NCBI RefSeq assembly: GCF_006345805.1
Contig: NC_043015.1
Span: 46,190,001-46,254,000, forward strand
DNA length: 64,000 nucleotides
Reading direction: 5' to 3'
From: Octopus sinensis
Taxonomy: Eukaryota
The notes below the pieces were generated by a model. The model was given only the letters and a program-made list of their open reading frames with translations, did not search any database and was not told the DNA's origin. Positions 24,913 through 38,392 of the stretch are shown piece by piece. The position numbers and the translations under genes were made by a program. How positions within the stretch are numbered: the stretch's first letter is position 1; each line of letters opens with the position of its first letter.

Positions 24913-25336
24913 TACACTAGCTGATGGAGGTGCAATGGCCCAGTGGTTAGGGCAGCGAACTCGCGGTTTTAGGATTGCGGTTTCGATTCCCAGACCGGGC
25001 ATTGTGAGTGTTTATTGAGCAAAAACACCTAAATTTCACATATCGGGTATTGGTTGATCTGAGGCTATCACAGAGGACACTCACCTAAAGTACCGTGCTG
25101 TTGGATGGAACTCAGTATCATAGAATTCCAAACTTAACTTCATAACCACACAGCCGTGCTTGCATTTAATGTATGCATTAATAAGAAAGATAACTTATTT
25201 CTGAAGATGAAATTAATAGTTCAAATAACAATGATGATCTTAACTTTTTTCACTCATGTAAACTAAATTTCAGATTTCCTGCCTCAGCACTTCCAATTTT
25301 CTAATTTATACAAACATTTTAGCATTTACTTTTCTA

Positions 25337-25696
25337 CTAGCACTATGACCTGGCGTTGCTGGGTCATAGTGCTAGTGCATGCATATACAGCTGCATGCAT
25401 GTGCATATACACGTGAGTACTGTCCAAATCTCCAACTAATCACATACAGCCAGCTGGCATTCAACTGGCGTATCAAGTTTTGGGCACTTTGATTGGATTT
25501 TGTATAGAAAATTCACAAAAAAGTCACTTCTATTGATTTTTTAATGGCTTTGCGGGGTGACTGGGGAAATGTAAAGATGTGCACGACCACCCTTGGACGG
25601 TTTTGAATGACCGTAGAAAGTGCGAGCCCTCTAACTGAAAAATTGTGGATTTGTATAAAGGATACACACACAGACATTTTGCCGTTTATATATATA
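25337..25696 (-). mobile_element. Non-autonomous Helitron, family B
   Basis: Reverse-complement match to 34189-34558; terminal palindrome ctagcactatgacc...gggtcatagtgctag. Confidence 0.8.
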
Positions 25697-26540
25697 CTAG
25701 CAGAATTGCCCGGCGTTGCTCGGGGCTGAATTGCTTGAAAGTACTGTTAATGATTGCACTGAATTATGATGATTATTCAGGCAAATATTGATATAAGTTT
25801 ACGGTGGGAGATAAGGACTTAACAATCAAACGTGTGCCATTGCATTGTTTTGGGGGAACCAAATTTCTGATGAGCATTATAGGAGCACCAACTTTAAGTT
25901 TGAGAAAGTGTGGTGGTAGTCCGGGGTGCTCAAAGGAATTGAGTACCTCTATTGGATAGTTGATGACGTCCTCTGGGTCAGGAGTTGTATCGATAGACTG
26001 ATATACATAGACTTCCCCAGGAATGAGTTTTAGCATTTCATCATTAATATGGTGAACAGTTTTATTCCTCGGGGCCAGTATAGCCTTTTTGCCAATCCAA
26101 TCCATATTCTGATAATTAGCTTGTAGATCTGGGAACACTGCATCTCTGAGATCAGAAGGCGTCTTAACAATGGTACAAATGGAATCGATGGCAATATTAC
26201 CATTTTCATCCCCTGGTATTTTGCCTTCGCCAAGTGCAAGGAGGGTGTGAGGAAATGCTGCTGATGTGATATTACGTCGCATATGAGCACGCATATTGGT
26301 GTGAAGTTTGAGAGTTACTTCCGTTTATTTTTAAAATATGCATTAAAATGGAAAAAAATGATGGTAAATTATTTGTAAAATCATAGACTCATCGTAGACG
26401 CGCGCTAATACCCAGAAGGGCTCGATATGAATCACGACTATAAGATACCCGGTTTTGGTTAAACTGCATCGCAAAATGTGGGAGTAGTTAGGAATCTAAA
26501 TCGGAGTAGACAGACACACAACCTTTCTTTTATATATAAA
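25697..26540 (-). mobile_element. Helitron family-A termini enclosing a PIF1 helicase fragment
   Basis: Family A 5' body, ORF 25773-26294, hairpin plus CTAG at 25697. Confidence 0.88.
25773..26294 (-). pseudogene. Helitron RepHel PIF1-helicase fragment (173 aa open)
   Basis: AILAPRN..V..IN, YQSID, YPIEVLNS..PGLPPH.LKLKVGAPIMLIRNL..CNGTRLIV. Confidence 0.9.
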
Positions 26541-26542
26541 TA

Positions 26543-27028
26543 TTTTGTCCTAAAAAACTTTGTATGGATTGAATGGTTACCTCTATGGAAATATATACAC
26601 GCACATTATACATACATGTGTGTATAGATGAATATATAAATACATTTAAATATCTATATACACTTTTGGGCGATCTTTCTGTTTCTTAGAGATAACTTTA
26701 GATCTTATTTTCGTGCTAAAAAACTTTGTATGGAGTGAAAGGTTACCTCTATGGAAATATATACACACACGTTATACATACATGTGTGCATAGATGAATA
26801 TATAAATACATTTATATATCTATATACACTTTTGGGCGATCTCTGTGCTACTTAGAGATAACTTTAGATCTTATTTTCGTCCTAAAAAACTTTGTGCGGA
26901 GTGAATGGTTACGTGTATGGAAATATATACACACACATTATACATACATCTGTGTATAGATGAATATATAAATACATTTAAATATCTATATACACTTTTG
27001 GGCGATCTTTCTGCTACTTGGATATAGG
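26543..27028. repeat. Same satellite, about 3 more diverged units
   Basis: Same unit sequence; right end interrupted by a MITE. Confidence 0.95.
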
Positions 27029-27460
27029 GGCGATGTTTCGCTTGTCGTAGCACACGTTTCCGTCGATTTCCGTAAAAAATGTAAACACTGAATCGGCCAT
27101 ACATACATACACACACACACACATACATACACACACACACACATACATGCATACATACATATACACATACACCGAATAAAAAAATTCAGTTATCTCTCTC
27201 TTTCACACATTACTCTCTCTGTCTCTTCACACAGAAGCACTTCACTTACACACATACTGTCTGTCTCCCACACTCCATCAAACACACACACACACATACA
27301 TGTACATCAATGCGTCCCATGCACGGTAACTTCAAAAGAACTTCCCTCGTCATACAATCGCTCTCTCTCAGTCTCTTTCGCTCTCATTACTTATGTAAAA
27401 AAATAAAAGTTTTTTACGGAAATCGACGGAAACCTGTGCTACGACAAGCGAAACATCGCC
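27029..27460. mobile_element. Merlin-like MITE, family 2, inserted in a satellite unit
   Basis: ~45-bp TIR GGCGATGTTTCG..; 8-bp TSD gatatagg/gatatggg. Confidence 0.78.
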
Positions 27461-27469
27461 GATATGGGT

Positions 27470-27949
27470 CTTATATTCGTCCTAAAAATCTTTCCTGTCA
27501 CACACTCACGCACACGCACGTACACACACACACACACACACGCACCCTCACACACACACACACGCACACACACACTCACACACACGCACGTTAGCTTACA
27601 ATTTTATTTATATATTTGCGTGTCTATGTGTGTAAACAGGAAGTGGCAGACTGAAAGAGTCACTCACTACAAAAGGTGAATTACTTTCATTTAATTCGTT
27701 GCACACTGTGTGTGTGCGTGTGCGTGTGGTGTAAACCACATTAAGAAAAGCATTTGACATACACACCAGAATGTGAGTTTTCTGTAAATTTTGCTTAATT
27801 GGAGTTTAAATTTTAAAAAGTGGACCTGGCAAAACCCGATGCATTCTACTCTTAAAAATGCTAAGTAAATTGTAATTGAAGAAATCCTATATTATATTTC
27901 TATAACTGACAAAGGGGGGCAGATAAAATCTGCCTTTTATAATAAGAGA
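27470..27949 (-). mobile_element. Helitron-like family C 5' body (copy 1), adjoining the 160-bp satellite
   Basis: Minus-strand TCTCTTATTATAAAAGGCAG start; near-identical to 30060-30496; no own 3' hairpin seen. Confidence 0.6.
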
Positions 27950-30059
27950 TATTTTCGTCCTAAAAAACTTTGTATGGATTGAATGGTTACCTCTATGGAA
28001 ATATATACACACACATTATACATACATCTGTGTATAGATGAATATATAAATACATTTAAATATCTATATACACTTTTGGGCGATCTTTCTGCTACTTAGA
28101 AATAACTTTAGATCCTATTTTCGTCCTAAAAAACTTTGTGTGGAGTGAAAGGTTACCTCTATGGAAATATATACACACACATTATACATACATCTGTGTA
28201 TAGATGAATATATAAATACATTTAAATATCTATGTACACTTTTGGGCGATCTTTCTGCTACTTGGATATAGGTGTTATATTCGTCCTAAAAAACTTTGTA
28301 TGGAGTGAAAGGTTACCTCTATGGAAATATATACACACACATTATACATACATCTGTGTATAGATGAATATATAAATACATTTAAATATCTATATACACT
28401 TTCGGGCGATCTTTCTGCTACTTGGATATAGGTCTTATATTCGTCCTAAAAAACTTTGTATGGAGTGAAAGGTTACCTGTATGGAAATATATACACACAC
28501 ATTATACATACATCTGTGTATAGATGAATATATAAATACATTTAAATATCTATGTACATTTTTGGGCGATCTTTCTGCTACTTGGATATAGGTCTTATAT
28601 TCGTCCTAAAAAACATTGTATGGAGTGAAAGGTTACCTCTATGGAAATATATACACACACATTATACATACATCTGTGTATAGATGAATATATAAATACA
28701 TTTAAATATCTATATACACTTTTGGGCGATCTTTCTGCTACTTGGATATAGGTGTTATATTCGTCCTAAAAAACTTTGTATGGAGTGAAAGGTTACCTCT
28801 ATGGAAATATATACACACACATTATACATACATCTGTGTATAGATGAATATATAAATACATTTAAATATCTATATACACTTTCGGGCGATCTTTCTGCTA
28901 CTTGAATATAGGTCTTATATTCGTCCTAAAAAACTTTGAATGGAGTGAAAGGTTACCTCTATTGAAATATATACACACACATTATACATACATCTGTGTA
29001 TAGATGAATATATAAATACATTAAAATATCTATATACACTTTCGGGCGATTTTTCTGCTACTTGGATATAGGTCTTATATTCGTCCTAAAAAACTTTGTA
29101 TGGAGTGAAAGGTTACCTCTATGGAAATATATACACACACATTATACATACATCTGTGTATAGATGAATATATAAATACATTTAAATATCTATATACACT
29201 TTCGGGCGATCTTTCTGCTACTTGGATATAGGTCTTATATTCGTCCTAAAAAACTTTGTATGGAGTGAAAGGTTACCTCTATGGAAATATATACACACAC
29301 ATTATACATACATCTGTGTATAGATGAATATATAAATACATTTAAATATCTATATACACTTTTGGGCGATCTTTCTGCTACTTGGGTATAGGTCTTATAT
29401 TCGTCCTAAAAAACTTTGAATGGAGTGAAAGGTTACCTCTATGGAAATATATACACACACATTATACATACATCTGTGTATAGATGAATATATAAATACA
29501 TTTAGATATCTATATACACTTTTGGGCGATCTTTCTGCTACTTGGATATAGGTCTTGTATTCGTCCTAAAAAACTTTGTATGGAGTGAAAGGTTACCTCT
29601 ATGGAAATATATACACACACATTATACATACATCTGTGTATAGATGAATATATAAATACATTTAAATATCTATATACACTTTTGGGCGATCTTTCTGCTA
29701 CTTAGAGATAACTTTAGATCCTATTTTCGTCCTAAAAAACTTTGTGTGGAGTGAAAGGTTACCTCTATGGAAATATATACACACACGTTATACATACATC
29801 TGTGTATAGATGAATATATAAATACATTTAAATATCTATGTACACTTTTGGGCGATCTTTCTGCTACTTGGATATAGGTCTTATATTCGTCCTAAAAAAC
29901 TTTGTATGGAGTGAAAGGTTACCTCTATGGAAATATATACACACACATTATACATACATCTGTGTATCGATGAATATATAAATACATTTAAATATCTATA
30001 TACACTTTTGGGCGATCTTTCTGCTACTTGGATATATGTCTTATATTCGTCCTAAAAAC
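27950..30059. repeat. 160-bp tandem satellite, about 13 units
   Basis: cttggatatagg recurs at 28261, 28421, 28581 and 28741 (period 160). Confidence 0.97.
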
Positions 30060-30496
30060 TTTCCTGTCACACACTCACGCACACGCACACACACACACAC
30101 ACCCTCACACACACTCAGACACACGCACGTTAGCTTACAATTTTATTTATATATTTGCGTGTCTATGTGTGTAAACAGGAAGTGGGAGGCAGAGTGAAAT
30201 AGTCACTCACTACAGAAAGTGAATTACTTTCACTTTATTCGTTGCACACTGTGTGTGTGTGCGTTTGCGTGTGCTGTATCCCACACTAAGAGAAGCTTTT
30301 GACTCATACACCAGAATGTGAGTTTTCTGAAAATTTTGCTTAATTGGGGTTGAAATTTTAAAAAGTGAACCTGTCACGACCCAATGCATTCTACTCTTAA
30401 AAATGCTAGGTAAATTGTAATTGAAGAAATCCTATATTGTAGATTTCTATAACTGACAAAGGGAGGCAGATAAAATCTGCCTTTTATAATAAGAGA
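30060..30496 (-). mobile_element. Helitron-like family C 5' body (copy 2)
   Basis: Same terminus; body grades into the satellite unit at tattcgtcctaaaaacttt. Confidence 0.6.
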
Positions 30497-31325
30497 TAGA
30501 TGCTTGCAGTGGCTTCCCAGACGCCAGTTGAACCGTCCAACCCATGCTAGCATGGAAAGCGGACGCTAAACGATGATGATGATGATTCACAGAAAACCGA
30601 GAAATCCTAAATTTCACTCCTAAGCTATTAGTTTAGTTCTGAGTGGATACACGAGTTTACCAAATCCACTCACAAGACCCTGGTCCGCCTGAGACCACGT
30701 GTGTGTGTCTTTGTCCCCTTGATATGTCTCCATGTTACTTAACAACTGGTGTTTGTTTGTTTATGTCCCCCATAGCTTTGTCGTTCAGCAAAAGATACCA
30801 AAAGGCCAATTACAAGATTTAAGAACAATATTGATACTTATAGGCGTAGGAGTGGCTGTGTGGTAAGTAGCTTGCTTACGAACCACATAGTTCCGGCTTC
30901 AGTCCCACTGCGTGGCACCTAGGGCAAGTGTCTTCTACAATAGCCTCAGACCGACCAAAGCCTTGTGAGTGGATTTGGTAGACGGAAACTGAAAGAAGCC
31001 CGTCCTATATATGTATATATATATGCATTTGTGTGTCTGCGTTTGTCCCCCTAGCATTGCTTGACAACCGATGCTGGTGGGTTTATGTCCCCGTAACTTA
31101 GCAGTTCGGCAAAAGAGACCGATAGAATAAGTACTAGGCTTCCAAAGAATAAGTCCTGGGGTCGATCTGCTCGACTTAAGGCGGTGCTCCAGCATGGCCA
31201 CAGTCAAATGACTGAAACAAGTAAAAGAGTAAAGAGTTATCGTAATCCAGGGTGAATAGGGGCAATAGTTTCTCCTGGTGACTGTCCCTATTTACCCTGG
31301 ATTACGGTAGTTGTTCAAGTAAATC

Positions 31326-31392
31326 CTACAAGGCAGGTGTATCATCTTGTTCTTTATCTTCAGCAGTTTTAGACCGAATATGTTTTAAACAC
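31326..31392 (-). CDS. Terminal exon of hidden gene: (L)CLKHIRSKTAEDKEQDDTPAL*
   Basis: Long polypyrimidine tract ending ttcattttag, stop TAG at 31328-31326. Confidence 0.75.
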
Positions 31393-34300
31393 CTAAAATG
31401 AAGAAAAAAAATCAAAAATAGAAATAAAAATATTTTATTACTTCTACGTTTAACAAAAAAAAACAAAAAAAACATTTTCATTTTCAAAATTAAAAAAGTT
31501 AGAAATTTTAAATATATTGGCACAGGACATGGCTGTGTGGAAAGAATGTTGCTTTCCAGCCATATGGTTCCATTCCAAGTTCAATCCCACCGTGTAACAT
31601 TTTGGGCAAATGTCTTCTGCTATAGCCTCAGGCTGACCAAAGACTTGTGAGTGGATTTGGTAGACAGAAACTGAAAGAAGCCTGTAGCGTGTGTCTTTTA
31701 CTCTTTTACTTGTTTCAGTCAGTTGACTGCGGCCATGCTGGAGCACCGCCTTTAGTCGAGCAACTCGACCCCGGGACTTATTCTTTGTAAGCCCAGTACT
31801 TATTCTATCTGTCTCTTTTGCCGAACCGCTAAGTGACAGGGATATAAACACACCAGCATCGGTTGTCAAGCAATGCTAGGGGGACAAATACAGACACACA
31901 CACGCATATATATATATATATACATATATACAACGGGCTTCTTTCAGTTTCCATCTACCAAATCCACTTGCCCAAGGTGCCACGCAGTGGGACTGAACCC
32001 GGAACCATGTGGTTGGTAAACTAGCGACTTACCACACAGCCACTATTGGACAAGATATAAGCATCTTGTCTAATAATATATCAGATCATCATCATCATCG
32101 TTTAGCGTCCGCTTTCCATGCTAGCATGGGTTGGACGGTTCGACCGGGGTCTGGGAAACCAGAAGTCTGCACCAGGCCCAGTCTGATCTGGCAATGTTTG
32201 TACAGCTGGATGCCCTTCCTAACGTCAACCACTCCGTGAGTGTAGTGGGTGCTTTTTACATGCCAGACGAGGCTGGCAAACGGCCACGATGGGATGGTGC
32301 TTTTTACGTCCAACCCATGCTAGCATGGAAAGCGGACGCTTTACGATGATGATGATGATGATCCGATATATTATTAGACAAGATACTTATATCTTGTCCA
32401 ATAGTGGCTGTGTGGTAAGTACTTGTTTACCAACCACATGGTTCCGGGTTCAGTCCCACTGCGTGGCACCTTTAGCAAGTGTCTTCTACTATAGCCACGG
32501 GCCGACCAAAGCCTTGTGAGTGGATTTGGTAGACGGAAACTGAAAGAAGCCCATCGTATATATGTATATACATATATGCGTGTGTGTGTTTGTGTGTCTG
32601 TATTTGTCCCCCTAGCATTGCTTGACAACCGATGCTGGTGTGTTTACGTCCCCGTCACTTAGCGGTTCGGCAAAAGAGACCGATAGAATTAGTACTGGGC
32701 TTACAAAAGAATAAGTCCCGACGTCGAGTTGCTCGACTAAAGGCGGTGCTCCAGCATGGCCGCAGTCAAATGACTGAAACAAGTAAAAGAGTAAAGAGTA
32801 TATAATATATGAAAGACCAATCTCACCTCAGTGTAATTTCAAACTAAAACATAACAATCCAAAACAAATGATGCAGGGCAGTTTGTCTGACATTCTAATG
32901 ATTCTACCAATTTGTCAAGACATCGATTGGGGGTGGGAGCTGGCATATTGTTGATGAAGCTCTCGTGATGGCAGTGATAGTCTTTGCTTTTGATATTCTT
33001 TTTTTTTTTGATATAGGCCCTGCCCATTCAAAGTACCTTGGATTTCAGAACACCCGCTGTGCTTGAGGAGACCTATTGAGTCAAGTACATGAACATCGAA
33101 ATAAATATAAGTGGAAATAGTAGTTGTGATACCTGTGCCGGTGGCACGTAAAAAGCACCATCCGAACGTGGTTGATGCCAGCTCCGCCTTGACTGGCTTC
33201 TGTGTCGGTGGCACATAAAAAGCACCAACCAAACGTGGCCGATGCCAGCGCCGACTTGACTGGCTTCTGTGTCGGTGGCACATAAAAAGCACCAACCGAT
33301 CGTGGCCGCTGCCAGACTCCTCTGGCACGTAAAAAGCACCCACTACACTCGCGGAGTCGTTGGTGTTAGGAAGGGCATCGAGCTGTAGAAACACTGCCAG
33401 ATCAGACTGGAGCCTGGTGCAGCCTCCTGGCTTCCCAGACCCCGGTCGAACCGTCCAACCCGTGCTAGCATGGAGAACGGACGTTAAACGATGATGATGA
33501 TGATAGGAAAGAAGAAAAAAAAATTACTTACAAGCCAAAGACCATTGGAATACTGAGTTGGGTTATATCTTTCGGTACTTAATAGTTATGGTATGTTTTT
33601 TTTCATTTAGCTGTCATAAAAGAAAAATAATTATTATGACTACATTTGTGAGAAGATTAATTAGTCAGAAAGAAAATAAACAGAAACGTTTAATAAGGCG
33701 CAGGAGTGGCTGTGTGGTAAGTAGCTTGCTTACAAACCACATGGTTCCGGGTTCAGTCCCACTGCGTGGCATCTTGGGCAAGTGTCTTCTACTATAACCT
33801 CGGGCTGACCAAAGCCTTGTGAGTGGATTTGGTAGACGGAAACTGAAAAAAGCCCGTCCTGTATATGTATATATATATATGCGTGTGTGTGTTTCTGTGT
33901 CTGTGTTTGTCCCCCTAGCATTGCTTGACAACCGATGCTGGTGTGTTTGCGTCCCCATTACTTAGCGGTTTGGCAAAAGAGACCGATAGAATAAGTACTG
34001 GGCTTACAAAAGAATAAGTCCCAGGGTCGAGTCGCTCGATTAATGGCGGTGCTCCAGCATGGCCGCAGTCAAATGACTGAAACAAGTAAAAGAGTAAAGA
34101 GTTAATCCCGAGCAAAGCCGGGTTATACTGGTAGTACATACATATATTTATATGTGTGTGTGTTTGTGTGTATATATATATATCTATATCTATATATATA
34201 AACAGCAAAATGTCTGCCTGTGTGTGTGTGTATCCTTTATACAAATCCACAATTTTTCAGTTAGAGGGCTCGCACTTTCTATGGTCATTCAAAACCGTCC

Positions 34301-34574
34301 AAGGGTGGTCGTGCACATCTTTACATTTCCCAGTCACCCCGCAAAGCCATTAAAAAAATCAATAGAAGTGAATTTTTTGTGAATTTTCTATCCAAAACCC
34401 AATCAAAATGCCCGAAACTTGATACACCAATTGAATGCCAGCTGGCTGTATGTGATTAGTTGGAGATTTGGACAGTACCCGCGTGTACATGCGCATGCAC
34501 GCAGCTGTATATGCATGCGCTAGCACTATGATCCTGTGTTGCCGGGTCATAGTGCTAGTATATATATACATATA

Positions 34575-34608
<34 letters not shown>

Positions 34609-37600
34609 CTAGAACTATGACCCATTCAAAATGTGATCGTGTGTGTACCATTGGCAATTTTTTTTCTTTGTCTTCCCATCTCTGGACCTAACCTTCTCCT
34701 ATGTTTCCGACGAAGAGCTCCGCTCGAAACGTTAAACCCTCCTTCTTTCCTGAGCGTCCAATAATACTATATTTGTTCCACGTCCTCCCGTTGTGTTTTT
34801 TGTGCTTTCTTGTTTGGATTAACTATATATATATATATGTATATATATGTTTGTGTATGTGTGTGTATATATATATACACACACATATATATGTGTGTGT
34901 ATATATAAATTTTCCATTTACCAACTCCACTCACAAGTCTTAGTCTACAGAGCTTGGGATAAGTAGAAGATATTTGCTCAAGTTGCCGATGCCACGCAGT
35001 GGGACTGAACCAGCAGCCAAATAGTTGTTGAGCAAGTTTCTTAACTACACAGCCATGCATGACTACAATGTAAAAATAATAAGAATACTTACTGTTGGTA
35101 TCGCTTCATAACCTTGTGCAAGATGTCTACCCAAGTCAAGTCGGTAATATTTCACCTCTCCACCAATTTCAATTTTACCAATGAGATCATTGCTGTAAAA
35201 TGAATTATGAATCTGACAAACACTAGAATCATATACATCATCATCGTTTTAATGCCTACTTTTTCCTTACTAACCTGAGATTTATTGAGGCAGGTCCTTC
35301 TACAACTGAACGCTCTTCCTGTCATTAACCTTCATTGGTTTCTGAATATTATTTTCATTTTCTCACTCAAAAACTGCACATATTTCAGCAACAAATAATA
35401 TAAACAATGACTCCGCTTAATACAAGGACATTGCTTTTCACACAGTGTGCAAACAATATCAAGACACCCCCGTCACTTAGCGGTTCGGCAAAAGAGACCG
35501 ATAGAATAAGTACTGGGCTTACAAAAAAAGAATAAGTTCTGGGATTCGAGTTGCTCGACTAAAGGCGGTGCTCCAGCATGGCCGCAGTCAAATGACTGAA
35601 ACAAGTAAAAGAGTAAAGGATGCAAAAGGATGTTGTATTGCAATCCTGTTTAACTCATACCAATAATGGAAGAAAAAAAATCAGCCAAAATTTTAACCCT
35701 TTAGTGTTCACATTATTCTGCCAAAATTACTCTTTCTCCCTTTTACTCTCTTTTACTTGTTTCAGTCATTTGACTGCGGCCATGCTGGAGCACAGCCTTT
35801 AATCGAGCAACTCGACCCCGGGACTTATTCTTTTTGTAAGCCCAGTACTTATTCTATCGGTCTCTTTTTGCCGAACCGCTAAGTGACGGGGACGTAAACA
35901 CACCAGCATCGGTTGTCAAGCAATGCTAGGGGGACAAACACAGACATACAAACACACATACATACATATATATATACATATATACGACAGGCTTCTTTCA
36001 GTTTCCATCTACCAAATCCACTCACAAGGCATTGGTCGGCCCGGGGCTATAGCAGAAGACACTTGCCCAAGATGCCACGCAGTGGGACTGAACCCAGAAC
36101 CATGTGGTTGGTTAGCAAGCTTCTTACCACACAGCCACTCCTGCGCCTTTAATCGGAAATTAATGCTTTTTCATCCACATTGTTTTGAACTAATCAGGCA
36201 TTTTCTTGTAGCTATGAGATTTTGATGAGGTAGCTGTTAATTTTTCAAATGATATTGTAGGGTTGGTGTGAGAGACCAGATCTGGCCATTTTGAACATAA
36301 AACAGGTAGAATACTTTTGGCCGGATATGGCCGGTTTAAATGCTAAAGGGTTAAACCAATGATGCAGATGATGATTGTGATGATGATGATGATAGTGAGG
36401 ATTGTGACAAAGATGGTGATTAATAGAAATTAAATATTTCACCTACCCTTCTATGTATGCATCGGGATCTGAACCAGTTTTCATATCTGACCATTTTACA
36501 GTCTGCTTGGATGGGAAGGTACCAGTTACTGAAATGGTTAATAATAAAAATAAAATGAAAAGAAAGACAGAAAAAATTGCTTTGACAAACTGACTAAAGT
36601 TTAAGTAAATAAAGCAGGCTTGTGTTGCCATAGCTGTTAAAAAAGTTTGTTCACAGTTATGTACTTTTGGGTCAATCACAAAGCATGGTACCTTGGGCAA
36701 GTCTCTTCTACTATAGTCTTGTTAGTGGATTTAGTAGATGGATGCAGAAAGTAGCCTATCATATGTGTCTGTGCATATATGTATATATATATATCTATGG
36801 GTGTATGTGTTTGTATTTGTCCACCACCATTGCTTGAAATAAGAAAAAGATGATAATGGTAAATTAGACAAAAAAGAAAAGACAAAAATAAGCAAAGAGG
36901 GAAGAGAGACAGCAATTAACAAAGAAGGAGTGGCTGTGTGGTAAGTAGCTTGTTTACCAACCACATGGTTCCGGGTTCAGTCTCACTGCGTGGCACCTTG
37001 GACAAGTGTCTTCTACTATAGCCTCGGGCCGACCAAAGCCTTGTGAGTGGATTCGGTAGACGGAAACTGAAAGAAGCCCGTCGTATATATGTATATATAT
37101 ATGTGTGTGTGTGTGTTTGTGTTCGTCCCCCTAGCATTGCTTGACAACCGATGCTGGTATGTTTATGTCCCCGTTACTTAGCGGTTCGGCAAAAGAGACC
37201 GATAGAATTAGTACTGGGCTTACAAAAGAATAAGTCCCGGGGTCGAGTTGCTCGATTAAAGGCCGTGCTCCAGCATGGCCGCAGTCAAATGACTGAAACA
37301 AGTAAAAGAGAGAGAAGGTAAAGAGGAAAAGCAAGGCAAAAGGAAAGGAAGAAAGGAAGAAAGCAAGCTGGAAGGAATCAAAAAAGCAAACACGCGAAAT
37401 AGGGAAAGATGTATATATTTAAGAGTTACCATCATCAAATGAATAATAGACACGGCCAGCCATCACGCAGATCTTTTAATGAACTGTTGGAGGAAAAAAA
37501 AAATACAATATAAGACAATAAGCACAAAAAAGAAGACAACACAGGAGGGAGAAGTTTTGAGAAATGTATTTGTTTAAAAAAGGGATAGACATGATTCTAA

Positions 37601-37998
37601 CTCAGTGGTTCTCAAGCGAGCAGGCCAACAGAAGAAAGAGTGAGAGAAAATTATGGCGAAAGTGTACAGCAGGGATCGCCACCACCCCCTGCTGGAGACT
37701 CGTGGAGCTTTAAGTGTTTTCCCTCAATAAACACTCACAACGCCCGGTCTGGGAATCGAAACCGCAATCCTAGGACCGCGAGTCCGCTGCCCTAACCACT
37801 GGGCCATTGTGCCTCCACCTGATATATATATATAAATTAAATTAGAGATAAAACCACCATTAGGCAAAACAATATATATATTTCTTTACAACCCACAAGG
37901 GGCTAAACATAGAGGGGACAAACAAGGACAAAGGGATTAAATCGATTACATTGACCCAGTGCTAACGTTTCTGCCAGCTCGCCGCCATATATATATAT

Positions 37999-38035
<37 letters not shown>

Positions 38036-38345
38036 CTTGGGTGTGTTTCTACGTAAATATATATACGTGTGTGTGTCTATATATATATATATAAAAAAAT
38101 AAATGCGGCCTTTTTAAAGCCTAGCCAGACTCATGGGCCCGGTTACCCAGTTTCTATGGTGAATGTGTTCCCCAGCTGGACGGGACGCCAGTCCATCGCA
38201 GCGTTACTCATATTTGCCAGCTGAGTGGACTGGAGCAACGTGAAATGAAGTGTTTTGCTTGAGCAAACACAACGTGTCGCCCGGTCCAGGAAGCAAAACC
38301 ACAATCTTACAATCATGATGCTGACACCCTAACCACTAAGCCTAT

Positions 38346-38392
<47 letters not shown>

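Noticed and set aside
24921-25000. tRNA-like sequences (also 50452-50515 and other SINE heads)
   Set aside because: They have A/B boxes but run into SINE bodies without a complete cloverleaf.
33130-33345. CRISPR-like repeat-spacer appearance of RTE UTR arrays
   Set aside because: Spacers are mutually related, the array is part of a eukaryotic LINE, and there are no cas genes.
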